From: Eimeria praecox
Taxonomy: Eukaryota
NCBI GenBank assembly: GCA_963920595.1
Contig: OY986948.1
Span: 2,542,001 to 2,606,000, forward strand
Direction of reading: 5' to 3'
DNA: 64,000 bases
Part shown: piece after piece, positions 24,501 through 38,399 of the stretch
Position numbering within the stretch: the first letter of the stretch is position 1
How the letters are laid out: every line of letters begins with the position of its first letter
Notes under the pieces: model-generated
The model's database searches: none
What the model saw: only the letters and a program-made list of their open reading frames with translations
Told to the model about the DNA's origin: nothing
Program-made: the position numbers and the translations under genes

Positions 24501-27500
24501 CAGGTGGCTCACTGTTCTGCCAACACTGAACGGACGCAGGCGTCCCTGGCCTTCTACCTATACCCTGCAGGAAAGCAAGGACACTGATAAGCTACTTTAG
24601 TCCACCGGCCTTCAGTACCTATGTTGGAGTCAGGAACGGTGAAAGGGCACTCGCACAATGTCAATGTAGAATATTGCGCAGGGCGAAAGAGCATAAGCTC
24701 GTGATTACGCAGTAATTACGACACTTGTTTTATTGCTAAAGGCTGCACCGACGCAAAGCGAACGCCACGACTACTCTGCTGGTCGGCGCTCAATTGCATG
24801 CAATTTGATATTCGCCTACCTCCTGAATTCCGCAAAAGCAGGGATAACACGCACGAGTCAGACAGCTTAACCAGGGTGCCATTTTGCGTTTCCGCATATC
24901 TCTGGAGCAGTATGCTTATGGCCTGGACGTAGCGCCGCCCTCCTCTGTGTCTGTTGGAGCAGATACAGGCTAATGCAACTTTTCTGGAGGTGCATGCTTG
25001 GCTAAGCGCTTGGGTCCATATTCTTCAGTCAGCTGTAGAGCATTTAGGCCTAGGCAAGAAGAAGACAGAGAAAGATGCACAGCTGTTGAATGCTCTAAGA
25101 GGCTCTGCAAACAGTCAAGCAGCGTGTCTTGCAAAAGCACTATCGTGCTTTCATAGGCCACGGCGATATTAATCCCAAAACGCAGAGGAACTCAGGTGAA
25201 TCTGGAAAGCATGCGTACCGCAAACACCATGTGCCACCTTGTTACCACACAACACAAGAGCAAACACGAACTTTACGCCCATCAAAGTATGCGACACGAG
25301 GCGAAGTCCGCACCAAAGCCATGGACCTAGCCCTTCTGCTCCCACGACAGATATCAGCGTTGTCCAGAACAGATCAAGCTTCCTTCTTTGCATGACCGTG
25401 CACAACTGGGCCTAATCGGCAATGCTCCCGTCATGATACAGTCTGTGACTGTGACGCACTCGCTGCGCATAGTGCTACTTCGCAATGCACAGGAGTTGAC
25501 TGAAGCGGTGTCCAGCTTACGCAGGCAGAAGGCACGGCTGCGCAACTGCTGTTGAAGCGTAGTAGACCAATGTGCAGTCAGTCTTGATCATCTGTCAAGT
25601 GAAACCCTAGGCGCGTCGCATCGTAACACCCTCAACAGATCACGAAAAATACGCAAAACTACGTTCCTAGGTGATGCGCCGCATGGTCCCCACACGTGCG
25701 GCGTAGGCTCCAGCGATATGGCACGTAGTAGTGCATAACAACGAAAAGGTGATTATGCAGACAACTACATGTTGTACTAAGACCAACGAAGCGAAACGTA
25801 TCCCAAGGCACTCTGAAACGCTAAAGTACCGCTTTATTTGCAGTCCCATAGCTAGTGTGCAGTTCTGCAAGCACTGAAAAAGCAGCGCGTGCCTTCATAG
25901 TCTCAGGAGCTTCACGGCAATAACTAATCGCCTACCCAATAAAACAGCCTCACTAACCTTACACCCGCGGTACACAGTATGAGGCATGAGGCAAAAGGTA
26001 TGAGACACTGCCTGGGCTTTGCTTGCCTCCCCTTCTACCCTTTCCAATTATGGGGCCCTATATCTAGAGCTAGTGTGCTAATGCGACAAAATTGAAAGGA
26101 AAAGCATCTTGGGCAAGCCCATCGCTGTGCTGTGGCGAAGGCATTGCGCCTAGCAGGCAACCACATATGTGCGTAGCACATGCTCAATGCATCATATCCT
26201 CAACTGTCCAGGGTTGTCGCACTTGCTGGCACAGCGCATCCGCCTTAAAATGGCGAGCCCGTCATCAAAACGTAATACGGCCAAGAGCAGTGCAAATGTG
26301 TGCGTCGGCACAGGCGCACAAGCGTTGAATCCTTGTCGTCACTGTGGGCCAGTGATGCAGAACAGCGCGTATTTTCCTTCGGATCAACAACCGCATCCGT
26401 GAGCGCTGGGGCCAGAAAGGTCTAGTTTGATACGAGGAAACATGGAGCATAGTTCTCGATCTGTCTTCAGAATCTCTTGATAGCCAATGTATTCCAACAT
26501 TCTGCCCAATATTGAGGACCAGCCTAGCAAATTATTACTTCAACAAAACAGTTGCATCGAAGCGTTCAAAAACAAATTACACCAAAGTCCCTCGAAGAGC
26601 GACGCGGTGCTGAAGAAATTTCACATGCCTACACATTGCCTGATGTTAAAAGTGAGAACAACAGTACACCCAGCAATGCTGAATTCCACGGCTTTAGGCA
26701 TTCCAAACACAGCAACAAAGCGCGGCAATCCTACCCTAACTGCGTCGAAACGTGCCCCTCACCACGCAGGGTCCGTTGTTTCAAGCACTCACTTTCTGCA
26801 TTCCGATAGATGCCACAACTAGTGCAACTCAGCATAAACTATCTGCCAGGCTTTCACATATCCTGCAATCTAACAGGATGGCACAGAGCGAGTAGTAGGA
26901 ATTGTGCGCTAGTCATTTATGGCTGCCTTGGCATAGCGAGTACTGTTCTATGCGATGAAAGCAAATTGCATTGGAGTCCCATCCTCCCGCACCCTGGCAC
27001 CAGATGACCGCTCACCCTGCCACACAGCAGGGCACAGCATAACAAAAATGCTCTACCGAATGTGCACAAACAGCGGGCATGCCCAGGATGCTATTAGGCA
27101 TATTACGCCTTGTGCACGAGAATGGAGAGATGCCGCAGGCACTGAACATGCGCATGACCATGCTCATTACTCGTGCATGAGGGATGCGAGGGTGAGCATG
27201 ATTGCTTGTAGGTGGTCATGCTATGCTTTAAGGCGTTTTCGTTCTGTTGGCTAGACTCTAAATGCCGTGCTCGCAGAACGCCAACCACACACACCTTCCG
27301 ATATTCCACCCAACAAGTACTCACTTGCTAAACCAGAGCAGGAAGGGTCGGCATTCCAAGCATTTTCTCTGGCGGTCCATCCAGAAGACCAACATGTCAA
27401 GCCTTCCGCCAAAGCACCGCACGCAGTGCATCCCTCACACCAACCGCGTGCCGCAGAAACTATTTACAACAGCTTGCAACAATTTGGAACACTTGCCGCA

Positions 27501-30500
27501 ACTGGCATGCTTGGCCCCACAAACTGCCAAGGCCTTCACGTGAAGTATTTACCCGCCGTGACACGCATAACGTATGGAGTGCTTTAGCCGCTTTGAGGCC
27601 CACGCACTGCGGAGATCTTCATAAACAAAGTCATCATGACGAGCAGCGAGTACATTCCGCTTGTGATGAGCGTCTGAGAACTACTCCAGGCCTCCCTACC
27701 TGTTTTGTCCTTTTATCAAAAGCAGCGCACAAGCTGATCCAAACACCAACCGGTTAAATGCCTAGAGATATCCAACGGGCTTGACGCCCATTGGCGGCGA
27801 GCCAAAGTGGACGGTGGACGGCGGCGCTGCGAAGAAGCTCGAACAATAGCTAGTGCACTACGCATCTGCAAACAGCAGAAGAAAGCAAAGCACACTCTGC
27901 CGCGCACCCAAACTGTATGAAGCGGGTACCAAACGCATCACAGGCTTTCAGGGCAGCCGAATGCCCCAGCCGCCACAAACAACCGGCACTCACCAAAGCA
28001 CTCCATGCATACGTTAGGTCCCTTTGGCCACTTTCCAACGCTTCTGCAGGCGTGTGCCCAAGGTTCACTGAATCCACTGCACTCAGTAATAACAGTGCCC
28101 TGCAATCACGTGCAAACATGGGAGGAGTCGGCTTACGCCAGGAGGGTTGCTAACTAAGCCGCGCGCAAATGAAAATGCCAACCAACTACATAATGCGCAG
28201 CAGCTGTCTCACCTGGATACCCGCTCTGTTACAAGCATGCAAAAGGTGATGAAGGATCGCGGAGAAATCAAAATGCCGGCAGCCCCGGTGTTCTATAGTG
28301 CAGGCCTCCTGCTGTCCACAATCCACCCTGCTGACCTAAACAGTGGCCTATGATTTTGAGAGCGTGAAGACACAACTTACAATCGAAAACAGCATGGCGA
28401 CGCTAGCTCACCGAAGTTGCAGAGGACAGGACACGTGGGCATGATACAGCACCACATGCAAAGATACGACACCCCGCATCATGCCAACGTGCTGCACCAA
28501 CCACCTCGTATAGGCGCTCGAGAGCCATTCGCTTACTTCCTGGAGTATCACCAAGTAACACTGCCAACGGGCGCTGCAGAGACATGCACTAAATTGGCAA
28601 CCTGCCTTGCTGGAGCGGTCCATCCACTGAAAGCTCAGAGAAACGCTTCCTATGCGAACTCGAGGCCTTAGATGCAGGTGGCTCACTGTTCTGCCAACAC
28701 TGAACGGACGCAGGCGTCCCTGGCCTTCTACCTATACCCTGCAGGAAAGCAAGGACACTGATAAGCTACTTTAGTCCACCGGCCTTCAGCACCTATGTTG
28801 GAGTCAGGAACGGTGAAAGGGCACTCGCACAATGTCAATGTAGAATATTGCGCAGGGCGAAAGAGCATAAGCTCGTGATTACGCAGTAATTACGACACTT
28901 GTTTTATTGCTAAAGGCTGCACCGACGCAAAGCGAACGCCACGACTACTCTGCTGGTCGGCGCTCAATTGCATGCAATTTGATATTCGCCTACCTCCTGA
29001 ATTCCGCAAAAGCAGGGATAACACGCACGAGTCAGACAGCTTAACCAGGGTGCCATTTTGCGTTTCCGCATATCTCTGGAGCAGTATGCTTATGGCCTGG
29101 ACGTAGCGCCGCCCTCCTCTGTGTCTGTTGGAGCAGATACAGGCTAATGCAACTTTTCTGGAGGTGCATGCTTGGCTAAGCGCTTGGGTCCATATTCTTC
29201 AGTCAGCTGTAGAGCATTTAGGCCTAGGCAAGAAGAAGACAGAGAAAGATGCACAGCTGTTGAATGCTCTAAGAGGCTCTGCAAACAGTCAAGCAGCGTG
29301 TCTTGCAAAAGCACTATCGTGCTTTCATAGGCCACGGCGATATTAATCCCAAAACGCAGAGGAACTCAGGTGAATCTGGAAAGCATGCGTACCGCAAACA
29401 CCATGTGCCACCTTGTTACCACACAACACAAGAGCAAACACGAACTTTACGCCCATCAAAGTATGCGACACGAGGCGAAGTCCGCACCAAAGCCATGGAC
29501 CTAGCCCTTCTGCTCCCACGACAGATATCAGCGTTGTCCAGAACAGATCAAGCTTCCTTCTTTGCATGACCGTGCACAACTGGGCCTAATCGGCAATGCT
29601 CCCGTCATGATACAGTCTGTGACTGTGACGCACTCGCTGCGCATAGTGCTACTTCGCAATGCACAGGAGTTGACTGAAGCGGTGTCCAGCTTACGCAGGC
29701 AGAAGGCACGGCTGCGCAACTGCTGTTGAAGCGTAGTAGACCAATGTGCAGTCAGTCTTGATCATCTGTCAAGTGAAACCCTAGGCGCGTCGCATCGTAA
29801 CACCCTCAACAGATCACGAAAAATACGCAAAACTACGTTCCTAGGTGATGCGCCGCATGGTCCCCACACGTGCGGCGTAGGCTCCAGCGATATGGCACGT
29901 AGTAGTGCATAACAACGAAAAGGTGATTATGCAGACAACTACATGTTGTACTAAGACCAACGAAGCGAAACGTATCCCAAGGCACTCTGAAACGCTAAAG
30001 TACCGCTTTATTTGCAGTCCCATAGCTAGTGTGCAGTTCTGCAAGCACTGAAAAAGCAGCGCGTGCCTTCATAGTCTCAGGAGCTTCACGGCAATAACTA
30101 ATCGCCTACCCAATAAAACAGCCTCACTAACCTTACACCCGCGGTACACAGTATGAGGCATGAGGCAAAAGGTATGAGACACTGCCTGGGCTTTGCTTGC
30201 CTCCCCTTGTACCCTTTCCAATTATGAGGCCCTATACCTAGAGCTAGTGTGCTAATGCGACAAAATTGAAAGGAAAAGCATCTTGGGCAAGCCCATCGCT
30301 GTGCTGTGGCGAAGGCATTGCGCCTAGCAGGCAACCACATATGTGCGTAGAACATGCTCATTGTATCATATCCTCAACTGTCCAGGGTTGTCGCACTTGC
30401 TGGCACAGCGCATCCGCCTTAAAATGGCGAGCCCGTCATCACAACGTAATATGGCCAAGAGCAGTGCAAATGTGTGCGTCGGCACAGGCGCACAAGCGTT

Positions 30501-33500
30501 GAATCCTTGTCGTCACTGTGGGCCAGTGATGCAGAACAGCGCGTATTTTCCTTCGGATCAACAACCGCATCCGTGAGCGCTGGGGCCAGAAAGGTCTAGT
30601 TTGATACGAGGAAACATGGAGCATAGTTCTCGATCTGTCTTCAGAATCTCTTGATAGCCAATGTATTCAAACATTCTGCCCAATATTGAGGACCAGCCTA
30701 GCAAATTATTACTTCAACAAAACAGTTGCATCGAAGCGTTCAAAAACAAATTACACCAAAGTCCCTCGAAGAGCGACGCGGTGCTGAAGAAATTTCGCAT
30801 GCCTACACATTGCCTGATGTTAAAAGTGAGAACAACAGTACACCCAGCAATGCTGAATTCCACGGCTTTAGGCATTCCAAACACAGCAGCAAAGCGCGGC
30901 AATCCTACCCTAACTGCGTCGAAACGTGCTCCGCACTACGCAGGGTCCGTGGGTTCAAGCGCTCACCACCTGCATTCCGATAGATGCCACAACTAGTGCA
31001 ACTCAGCATAAACTATCTGCGAGGCTCGCATGTATCCTGCAATCTAACAGGATGGCACAGAGCGAGTAGTAGGAATTGTGCGCTAGTCATTTATGGCTGC
31101 CTTGGCATAGCGAGTACTGTTCTATGCGATGAAAGCAAATTGCATTGGAGTCCCATCCTCCCGCACCCTGGCACCAGATGACCGCTCACCCTGCCACACA
31201 GCAGGGCACAGCATAACAAAAATGCTCTACCGAATGTGCACAAACAGCGGGCATGCCCAGGATGCTATTAGGCATATTACGCCTTGTGCACGAGAATGGA
31301 GAGATGCCGCAGGCACTGAACATGCGCATGACCATGCTCATTACTCGTGCATGAGGGATGCGAGGGTGAGCATGATTGCTTGTAGGTGGTCATGCTATGC
31401 TTTAAGGCGTTTTCGTTCTGTTGGCTAGACTCTAAATGCCGTGCTCGCAGAACGCCAACCACACACACCTTCCGATATTCCACCCAACAAGTACTCACTT
31501 GCTAAACCAGAGCAGGAAGGGTCGGCATTCCAAGCATTTTCTCTGGCGGTCCATCCAGAAGACCAACATGTCAAGCCTTCCGCCAAAGCACCGCACGCAG
31601 TGCATCCCTCACACCAACCGCGTGCCGCAGAAACTATTTACAACAGCTTGCAACAATTTGGAACACTTGCCGCAACTGGCATGCTTGGCCCCACAAACTG
31701 CCAAGGCCTTCACGTGAAGTATTTACCCGCCGTGACACGCATAACGTATGGAGTGCTTTAGCCGCTTTGAGGCCCACGCACTGCGGAGATCTTCATAAAC
31801 AAAGTCATCATGACGAGCAGCGAGTACATTCCGCTTGTGATGAGCGTCTGAGAACTACTCCAGGCCTCCCTACCTGTTTTGTCCTTTTATCAAAAGCAGC
31901 GCACAAGCTGATCCAAACACCAACCGGTTAAATGCCTAGAGATATCCAACGGGCTTGACGCCCATTGGCGGCGAGCCAAAGTGGACGGTGGACGGCGGCG
32001 CTGCGAAGAAGCTCGAACAATAGCTAGTGCACTACGCATCTGCAAACAGCAGAAGAAAGCAAAGCACACTCTGCCGCGCACCCAAACTGTATGAAGCAGG
32101 TACCAAACGCATCACAGGCTTTCAGGGCAGCCGAATGCCCCAGCCGCCACAAACAACCGGCACTCACCAAAGCACTCCATGCATACGTTAGGTCACTTTG
32201 GCCACTTTCCAAAGCTTCTGCAGCGTGTGCCCAAGGTTCACTGAAGCCACTGCACTCAGTAACAACAGTGCCCTGCAATCACGTGCAAACATGGGAGGAG
32301 TCGGCTTACGCCAGGAGGGTTGCGAACTAAGCCGCGCGCAAATGAAAATGCCAACCAACTACATAATGCGCAGCAGCTGTCTCACCTGGATACCCGCTCT
32401 GTTACAAGCATGCAAAAGGTGATGAAGGATCGCGGAGAAATCAAAATGCCGGCAGCCCCGGTGTTCTATAGTGCAGGCCTCCTGCTGTCCACAATCCACC
32501 CTGCTGACCTAAACAGTGGCCTATGATTTTGAGAGCGTGAAGACACAACTTACAATCGAAAACAGCATGGCGACGCTAGCTCACCGAAGTTGCAGAGGAC
32601 AGGACACGTGGGCATGATACAGCACCACATGCAAAGATACGACACCCCGCATCATGCCAACGTGCTGCACCAACCACCTCGTATAGGCGCTCGAGAGCCA
32701 TTCGCTTACTTCCTGGAGTATCACCAAGTAACACTGCCAACGGGCGCTGCAGAGACATGCACTAAATTGGCAACCTGCCTTGCTGGAGCGGTCCATCCAC
32801 TGAAAGCTCAGAGAAACGCTTCCTATGCGAACTCGAGGCCTTAGATGCAGGTGGCTCACTGTTCTGCCAACACTGAACGGACGCAGGCGTCCCTGGCCTT
32901 CTACCTATACCCTGCAGGAAAGCAAGGACACTGATAAGCTACTTTAGTCCACCGGCCTTCAGTACCTATGTTGGAGTCAGGAACGGTGAAAGGGCACTCG
33001 CACAATGTCAATGTAGAATATTGCGCAAAGCGAAAGAGCATAAGCTCGTGATTATGCAGTAATTACGACACTTGTTTTATTGTTAAAGGTTGCACCGACG
33101 CAAAGCGAACGCCACGACTACTCTGCTGGTCGGCGCTCAATTGCATGCAATTTGATATTCGCCTACCTCCTGAATTCCGCAAAGGCAGGGATAACACGCA
33201 CGAGCCAGACAGCTTAACCAGGGTGCCATTTTGCGTTTCCGCATATCTCTGGAGCAGTATGCTTATGGCCTGGACGTAGCGCCGCCCTCCTCTGTGTCTG
33301 TTGGAGCAGATGCAGGCTAATGCAACTTTTCTGGAGGTGCATGCTTGGCTAAGCGCTTGGGTCCATATTCTTCAGTCAGCTGTAGAGCATTTAGGCCTAG
33401 GCAAGAAGAAGATAGAGAAAGATGCATAGCTGTTGAATGCTCTAAGAGGCTCTGCAAACAGTCATGCAGCGTGTCTTGCAGAAGCACTATAGTGCTTTCA

Positions 33501-36500
33501 TAGGCCACGGCGATATTAATCCCAAAACGCAGAGGAACTCAGGTGAATCTGGAAAGCATGCGTACCGCAAACACCATGTGCCACCTTGTTACCACACAAC
33601 ACAAGAGCAAACACGAACTTTACGCCCATCAAAGTATGCGACACGAGGCGAAGTCCGCACCAAAGCCATGGACCTAGCCCTTCTGCTCCCACGACAGGCA
33701 TCGGTGTTGTCCAGAACAGATCAAGCTTCCTTCTTTGCATGACCGTGCACAACTGGGCCTAATCGGTAATGCGCCAGTCATGATACAGTCTGTGACTGTG
33801 ACGCACTCGCTGCGCATAGTGCTACTTCGCAATGCACAGGAGTTGACTGAAGCGGTGTCCAGCATACGCAGGCAGAAGGCACGGCTGCACAACTGCTGTT
33901 GAAGCGTAGTAGACCAATGTGCAATCAGCCGTGATCACCTGTCAAGTGAAACCCTAGGCGCGTCGCATCGTAACACCCTCAACAGATCACGAATAATACG
34001 CAAAACTACGTTCCTAGGTGATGCGCCGCATGGTCCCCACACGTACGGCGTAGGCTCCAGCGATGTGGCACGTAGTAGTGCATAACAACAAAAAGGTGAT
34101 TATGCACACAACTGCATGTTGTACTAAGACCAACGAAGCGAAACGTATCCCAAGGCATTCTGAAACGCTAAAGCACAGCTTTATTTGCAGTCCCATAGCT
34201 AGTGTGCAGTTCTGCAAGCACTGAAAAAGCAGCGCATGCCTTCATAGTCTCAGGAGCTTCTCGGCAATAACTAATCGCCTACCCAATAAAACAGCCTCAC
34301 TAACCTTACACCCGCGGTACACAGTATGAGGCATGAGGCAAAAGGTATGAGACACTGCCTGGGCTTTGCTTGCCTCCCCTTCTACCCTTTCCAATTATGA
34401 GGCCCTATATCTAGAGCTAGTGTGCTGATGCGACAAAATTGAAAGGAAAAGCATCTTGGGCAAGCCCATCGCTGTGCTGTGGCGAAGGCATTGCGCCTAG
34501 CAGGCAACCACATATGTGCGTAGCACATGCTCATTGTATCATATCCTCAACTGTTCAGGGTTGTCGCACTTGCTGGCACAGCGCATCCGCCTTAAAATGG
34601 CGAGCCCGTCATCACAACGTAATATGGCCAAGAGCAGTGCAAATGTGTGCGTCGGCACAGGCGCACAAGCGTTGAATCCTTGTCGTCACTGTGGGCCAGT
34701 GATGCAGAACAGCGCGTATTTTCCTTCGGATCAACAACCGCATCCGTGAGCGCTGGGGCCAGAAAGGTCTAGTTTGATACGAGGAAACATGGAGCATAGT
34801 TCTCGATCTGTCTTCAGAATCTCTTGATAGCCAATGTATTCAAACATTCTGCCCAATATTGAGGACCAGCCTAGCAAATTATTACTTCAACAAAACAGTT
34901 GCATCGAAGCGTTCAAAAACAAATTACACCAAAGTCCCTCGAAGAGCGACGCGGTGCTGAAGAAATTTCGCATGCCTACACATTGCCTGATGTTAAAAGT
35001 GAGAACAACAGTACACCCAGCAATGCTGAATTCCACGGCTTTAGGCATTCCAAACACAGCAGCAAAGCGCGGCAATCCTACCCTAACTGCGTCGAAACGT
35101 GCTCCGCACTACGCAGGGTCCGTGGGTTCAAGCGCTCACCTCCTGCATTCCGATAGATGCCACAACTAGTGCAACTCAGCATAAACTATCTGCCAGGCTT
35201 TCACATATCCTGCAATCTAACAGGATGGCACAGAGCGAGTAGTAGGAATTGTGCGCTAGTCATTTATGGCTGCCTTGGCATAGCGAGTACTGTTCTATGC
35301 AATGGAAGCAAATTGCATTGGAGTCCCATCCTCCCGCACCCTGGCACCAGATGACCGCTCACCCTGCCACACAGCAGGGCACAGCATAACAAAAATGCTC
35401 TACCGAATGTGCACAAACAGCGGGCATGCCCAGGATGCTATTAGGCATATTACGCCTTGTGCACGAGAATGGAGAGATGCCGCAGGCACTGAACATGCGC
35501 ATGACCATGCTCATTACTCGTGCATGAGGGATGCGAGGGTGAGCATGATTTCTTGTAGGTGGTCATGCTATGCTTTAAGGCGTTTTCGTTCTGTTGGCTA
35601 GACTCTAAATGCCGTGCTCGCAGAACGCCAACCACACACACCTTCCGATATTCCACCCAACAAGTACTCACTTGCTAAACCAGAGCAGGAAGGGTCGGCA
35701 TTCCAAGCATTTTCTCTGGCGGTCCATCCAGAAGACCAACATGTCAAGCCTTCCGCCAAAGCACCGCACGCAGCGCATCCCTCTCACCAACCGCGTGCCG
35801 CAGAAACTATTTACAACAGCTTGCAACAATTTGGAGCACTTGCCCCAACTGGCATGCTTGGCCCCACAAACTGCCAAGGCCTTCACGTGAAGTATTTACC
35901 CTCCGTGGCACGCATAACGTATGGAGTGCTTTAGCCGCTTTGAGGCCCACGCGCTGCGGAGATCTTCATAAACAAAGTCATCATGACGAGCAGCGAGTAC
36001 ATTCCGCTTGTGATGAGCGTCTGAGAACTACTCCAGGCCTCCCTAACTGTTTTGTCCTTTTATCAAAAGCAGCGCACAAGCTGATCCAAACACCAACCGG
36101 TTAAATGCCTAGAGATATCCAACGGGCTTGACGCCCATTGGCGGCGAGCCAAAGTGGACGGTGGACGGCGGCGCTGCGAAGAAGCTCGAACAATAGCTAG
36201 TGCACTACGCATCTGCAAACAGTAGAAGAAAGCAAAGCACACTCTGCCGCGCACCCAAACTGTATGAAGCAGGTACCAAACGCATCACAGGCTTTCAGGG
36301 CAGCCGAATGCCCCAGCCGCCACAAACAACCGGCACTCACCAAAGCACTCCATGCATACGTTAGGTCCCTTTGGCCACTTTCCAAAGCTTCTGCAGGCGT
36401 GTGCCCAAGGTTCACTGAAGCCACTGCACTCAGTAACAACAGTGCCCTGCAATCACGTGCAAACATGGGAGGAGTCGGCTTACGCCAGGAGGGTTGCTAA

Positions 36501-37632
36501 CTAAGCCGCGCGCAAATGAAAATGCCAACCAACTACATAATGCGCGGCAGCTGTCTCACCTGGATACCCGCTCCGTTAAACGCGTACAAAACGCGATGAA
36601 TGATCGCGGAGAAACCAAAATGCCGGCAGCCCCGGTGTTCTATAGTGCAGGCCTCCTGCTGTCCACAATCCACCCTGCTGACCTAAACAGTGGCCTATGA
36701 TTTTGAGAGCGTGAAGACACAACTTACAATCGAAAACAGCATGGCGACGCTAGCTCACCGAAGTTGCAGAGGACAGGACACGTGGGCATGATACAGCACC
36801 ACATGCAAAGATACGACACCCCGCATCATGCCAACGTGCTGCACCAACCACCTCGTACAAGCGCTCTACAGCCATTCGCTCACATCCTGGAGTACCACCA
36901 AGTAACACTGCCAACGGTCGCTGCAGAGACATGCGCTAAGTTGGCCACCTGCCTTGCTGGAGCGACCCATCCACTGAAAGCTCAGAGAAACGCTTCCTAT
37001 GCGAACTCGAGGCCTTAGATGCAGGTGGCTCACTGTTCTGCCAACACTGAACGGACGCAGGCGTCCCTGGCCTTCTACCTATACCCTGCAGGAAAGCAAG
37101 GACACTGATAAGCTACTTTAGTCCACCGGCCTTCAGTACCTATGTTGGAGTCAGGAACGGTGAAAGGGCACTCGCACAATGTCAATGTAGAATATTGCGC
37201 AGGGCGAAAGAGCATAAGCTCGTGATTACGCAGTAATTACGACACTTGTTTTATTGCTAAAGGCTGCACCGACGCAAAGCGAACGCCACGACTACTCTGC
37301 TGGTCGGCGCTCAATTGCAGGCAGCTTGCTGTTCGCCCACCAGCTGAATTTCGCAAAAGCAGGGATAACAAGCACGAATCAGACAGTTTAACCAGGGTGC
37401 CATTTTGCTTTTCCGCATATCTCTGGAGCAGTATGCTTATGGTCTGGACGTAGCGCCGCCTTCCTCTGTGTCTGCTGGAGCAGATGCGGGCTAATGCAAC
37501 TTTTCTGGAGGTGCATGCTTGGCTAAGCGCTTGGGTCCATATTCTTCAGTCAGCTGTAGAGCATTTAGGCCTAGGCAAGAAGAAGATAGAGAAAGATGCA
37601 TAGCTGTTGAATGCTCTAAGAGGCTCTGCAAA
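12503..37632 (+). repeat. Tandem macrosatellite, ~6 near-identical copies of a 4237/4173 bp unit derived from a decayed chromovirus-type gag-pol
   Basis: An anchor recurs at 15068, 19305, 23543, 27716, 31890 and 36063 (periods 4237, 4238, 4173, 4174, 4173). Motif relics in the unit: chromodomain-like EGTAAQLLLKR (12816), knuckle-like HTCGVG..MAR (~12980), LKWRARHQNVIW (~13535), RT-like GWHRASSRSCA (14164), RNaseH-proximal KWTVDGCAAKKLEQ*LVHY (15157), integrase-like FLEYHQ (~15888), GLLPIPCRK (~16073), PEFRKSRD (~16347), LEQ (16479), GTQVNLES (~16712). The repeat is certain; the TE origin is about 0.75. Confidence 0.97.
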
Positions 37633-38100
37633 TTTGCAACAGTAGTGCTACGTGCCTCGCAGAAGCGCTGTCGCAAAGTGTTATGGTTTTTCCAATGGTG
37701 AGTGTGATACGCGTCCTAAAAATAAAAGGAAAAGGAATATCCATATCTGAAGAAAATTGAAGTTTCGTCAAGTAAGAATAGTGGCGTGTGCATGTTTGAT
37801 GATGGCGGAATGTTATAGAACTGCAAGTCCCGCTACGAGACAAATCTCAGCAAGCACGCTCAACGTCCACACACTTTTACTGTGCAGCGTGAGGACAGAA
37901 TCATGACGTATAACAAGTGTGTTCCTCCTCCATTAAGAATATCTTCTGCTGAGACTAATGCCGTATACACCCGTCTGCCCGGCTAAGTGGTTCCACGTCG
38001 CCAAGTATACTTCAACTGAGCCGGCTCCCAAAGGCCTTCTGCGTAGGCTTGCCAGCGGTGAACCCAGCAGCAACGCACGCCCTGGACCACGGTAGGCAGC
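37633..38100 (+). mobile_element. Diverged integrase C-terminus plus chromodomain relic continuing the last array unit
   Basis: KRLCKFATVVLRASQK (cf. RQLCDRAQSHILKA), YRTASPAT (~37813; cf. YRLALPPT), AKWFHVAKYTST-EPA (~37982-38027; cf. VKW....ATWEP). Confidence 0.5.
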
Positions 38101-38399
38101 GGAGGCTTGGAATATTGCTCTTCTAGGCGTACAAATATGTACATGATTGTAAATATAGCTAAATTTACAAAGCTTCATCATTAATACAGAAACCACATAG
38201 AACACCCTAAACGCAGCTCCTGCACTACATCTTTCCCGACAGCACTACGTGCTGATACTGGCATTCTTTCAGAACGTCCTCAACAAGCAGTAAATGCTAG
38301 GTGTCCCCCTTCAGCCATCAATAAAAGCATCCGCAAAACACTACGACTGAACAGTGGTTCCAGGCGTGTAGCACGTTGTTCGATTCAAGTCCAGCAAAA

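Noticed and set aside
6616..37701. Many recurring 60-144 aa ORFs in the 4.2 kb units as a multigene family
   Set aside because: They overlap in all frames, are broken in some copies, and the recognisable motifs jump between frames. They are pseudogenic pol fragments or chance ORFs.
37712..37745. AT-rich RPKNKGKGI resembling the ribosomal protein L6 C-terminal KGKG motif (second organellar insert?)
   Set aside because: Too short to distinguish from chance without a search.
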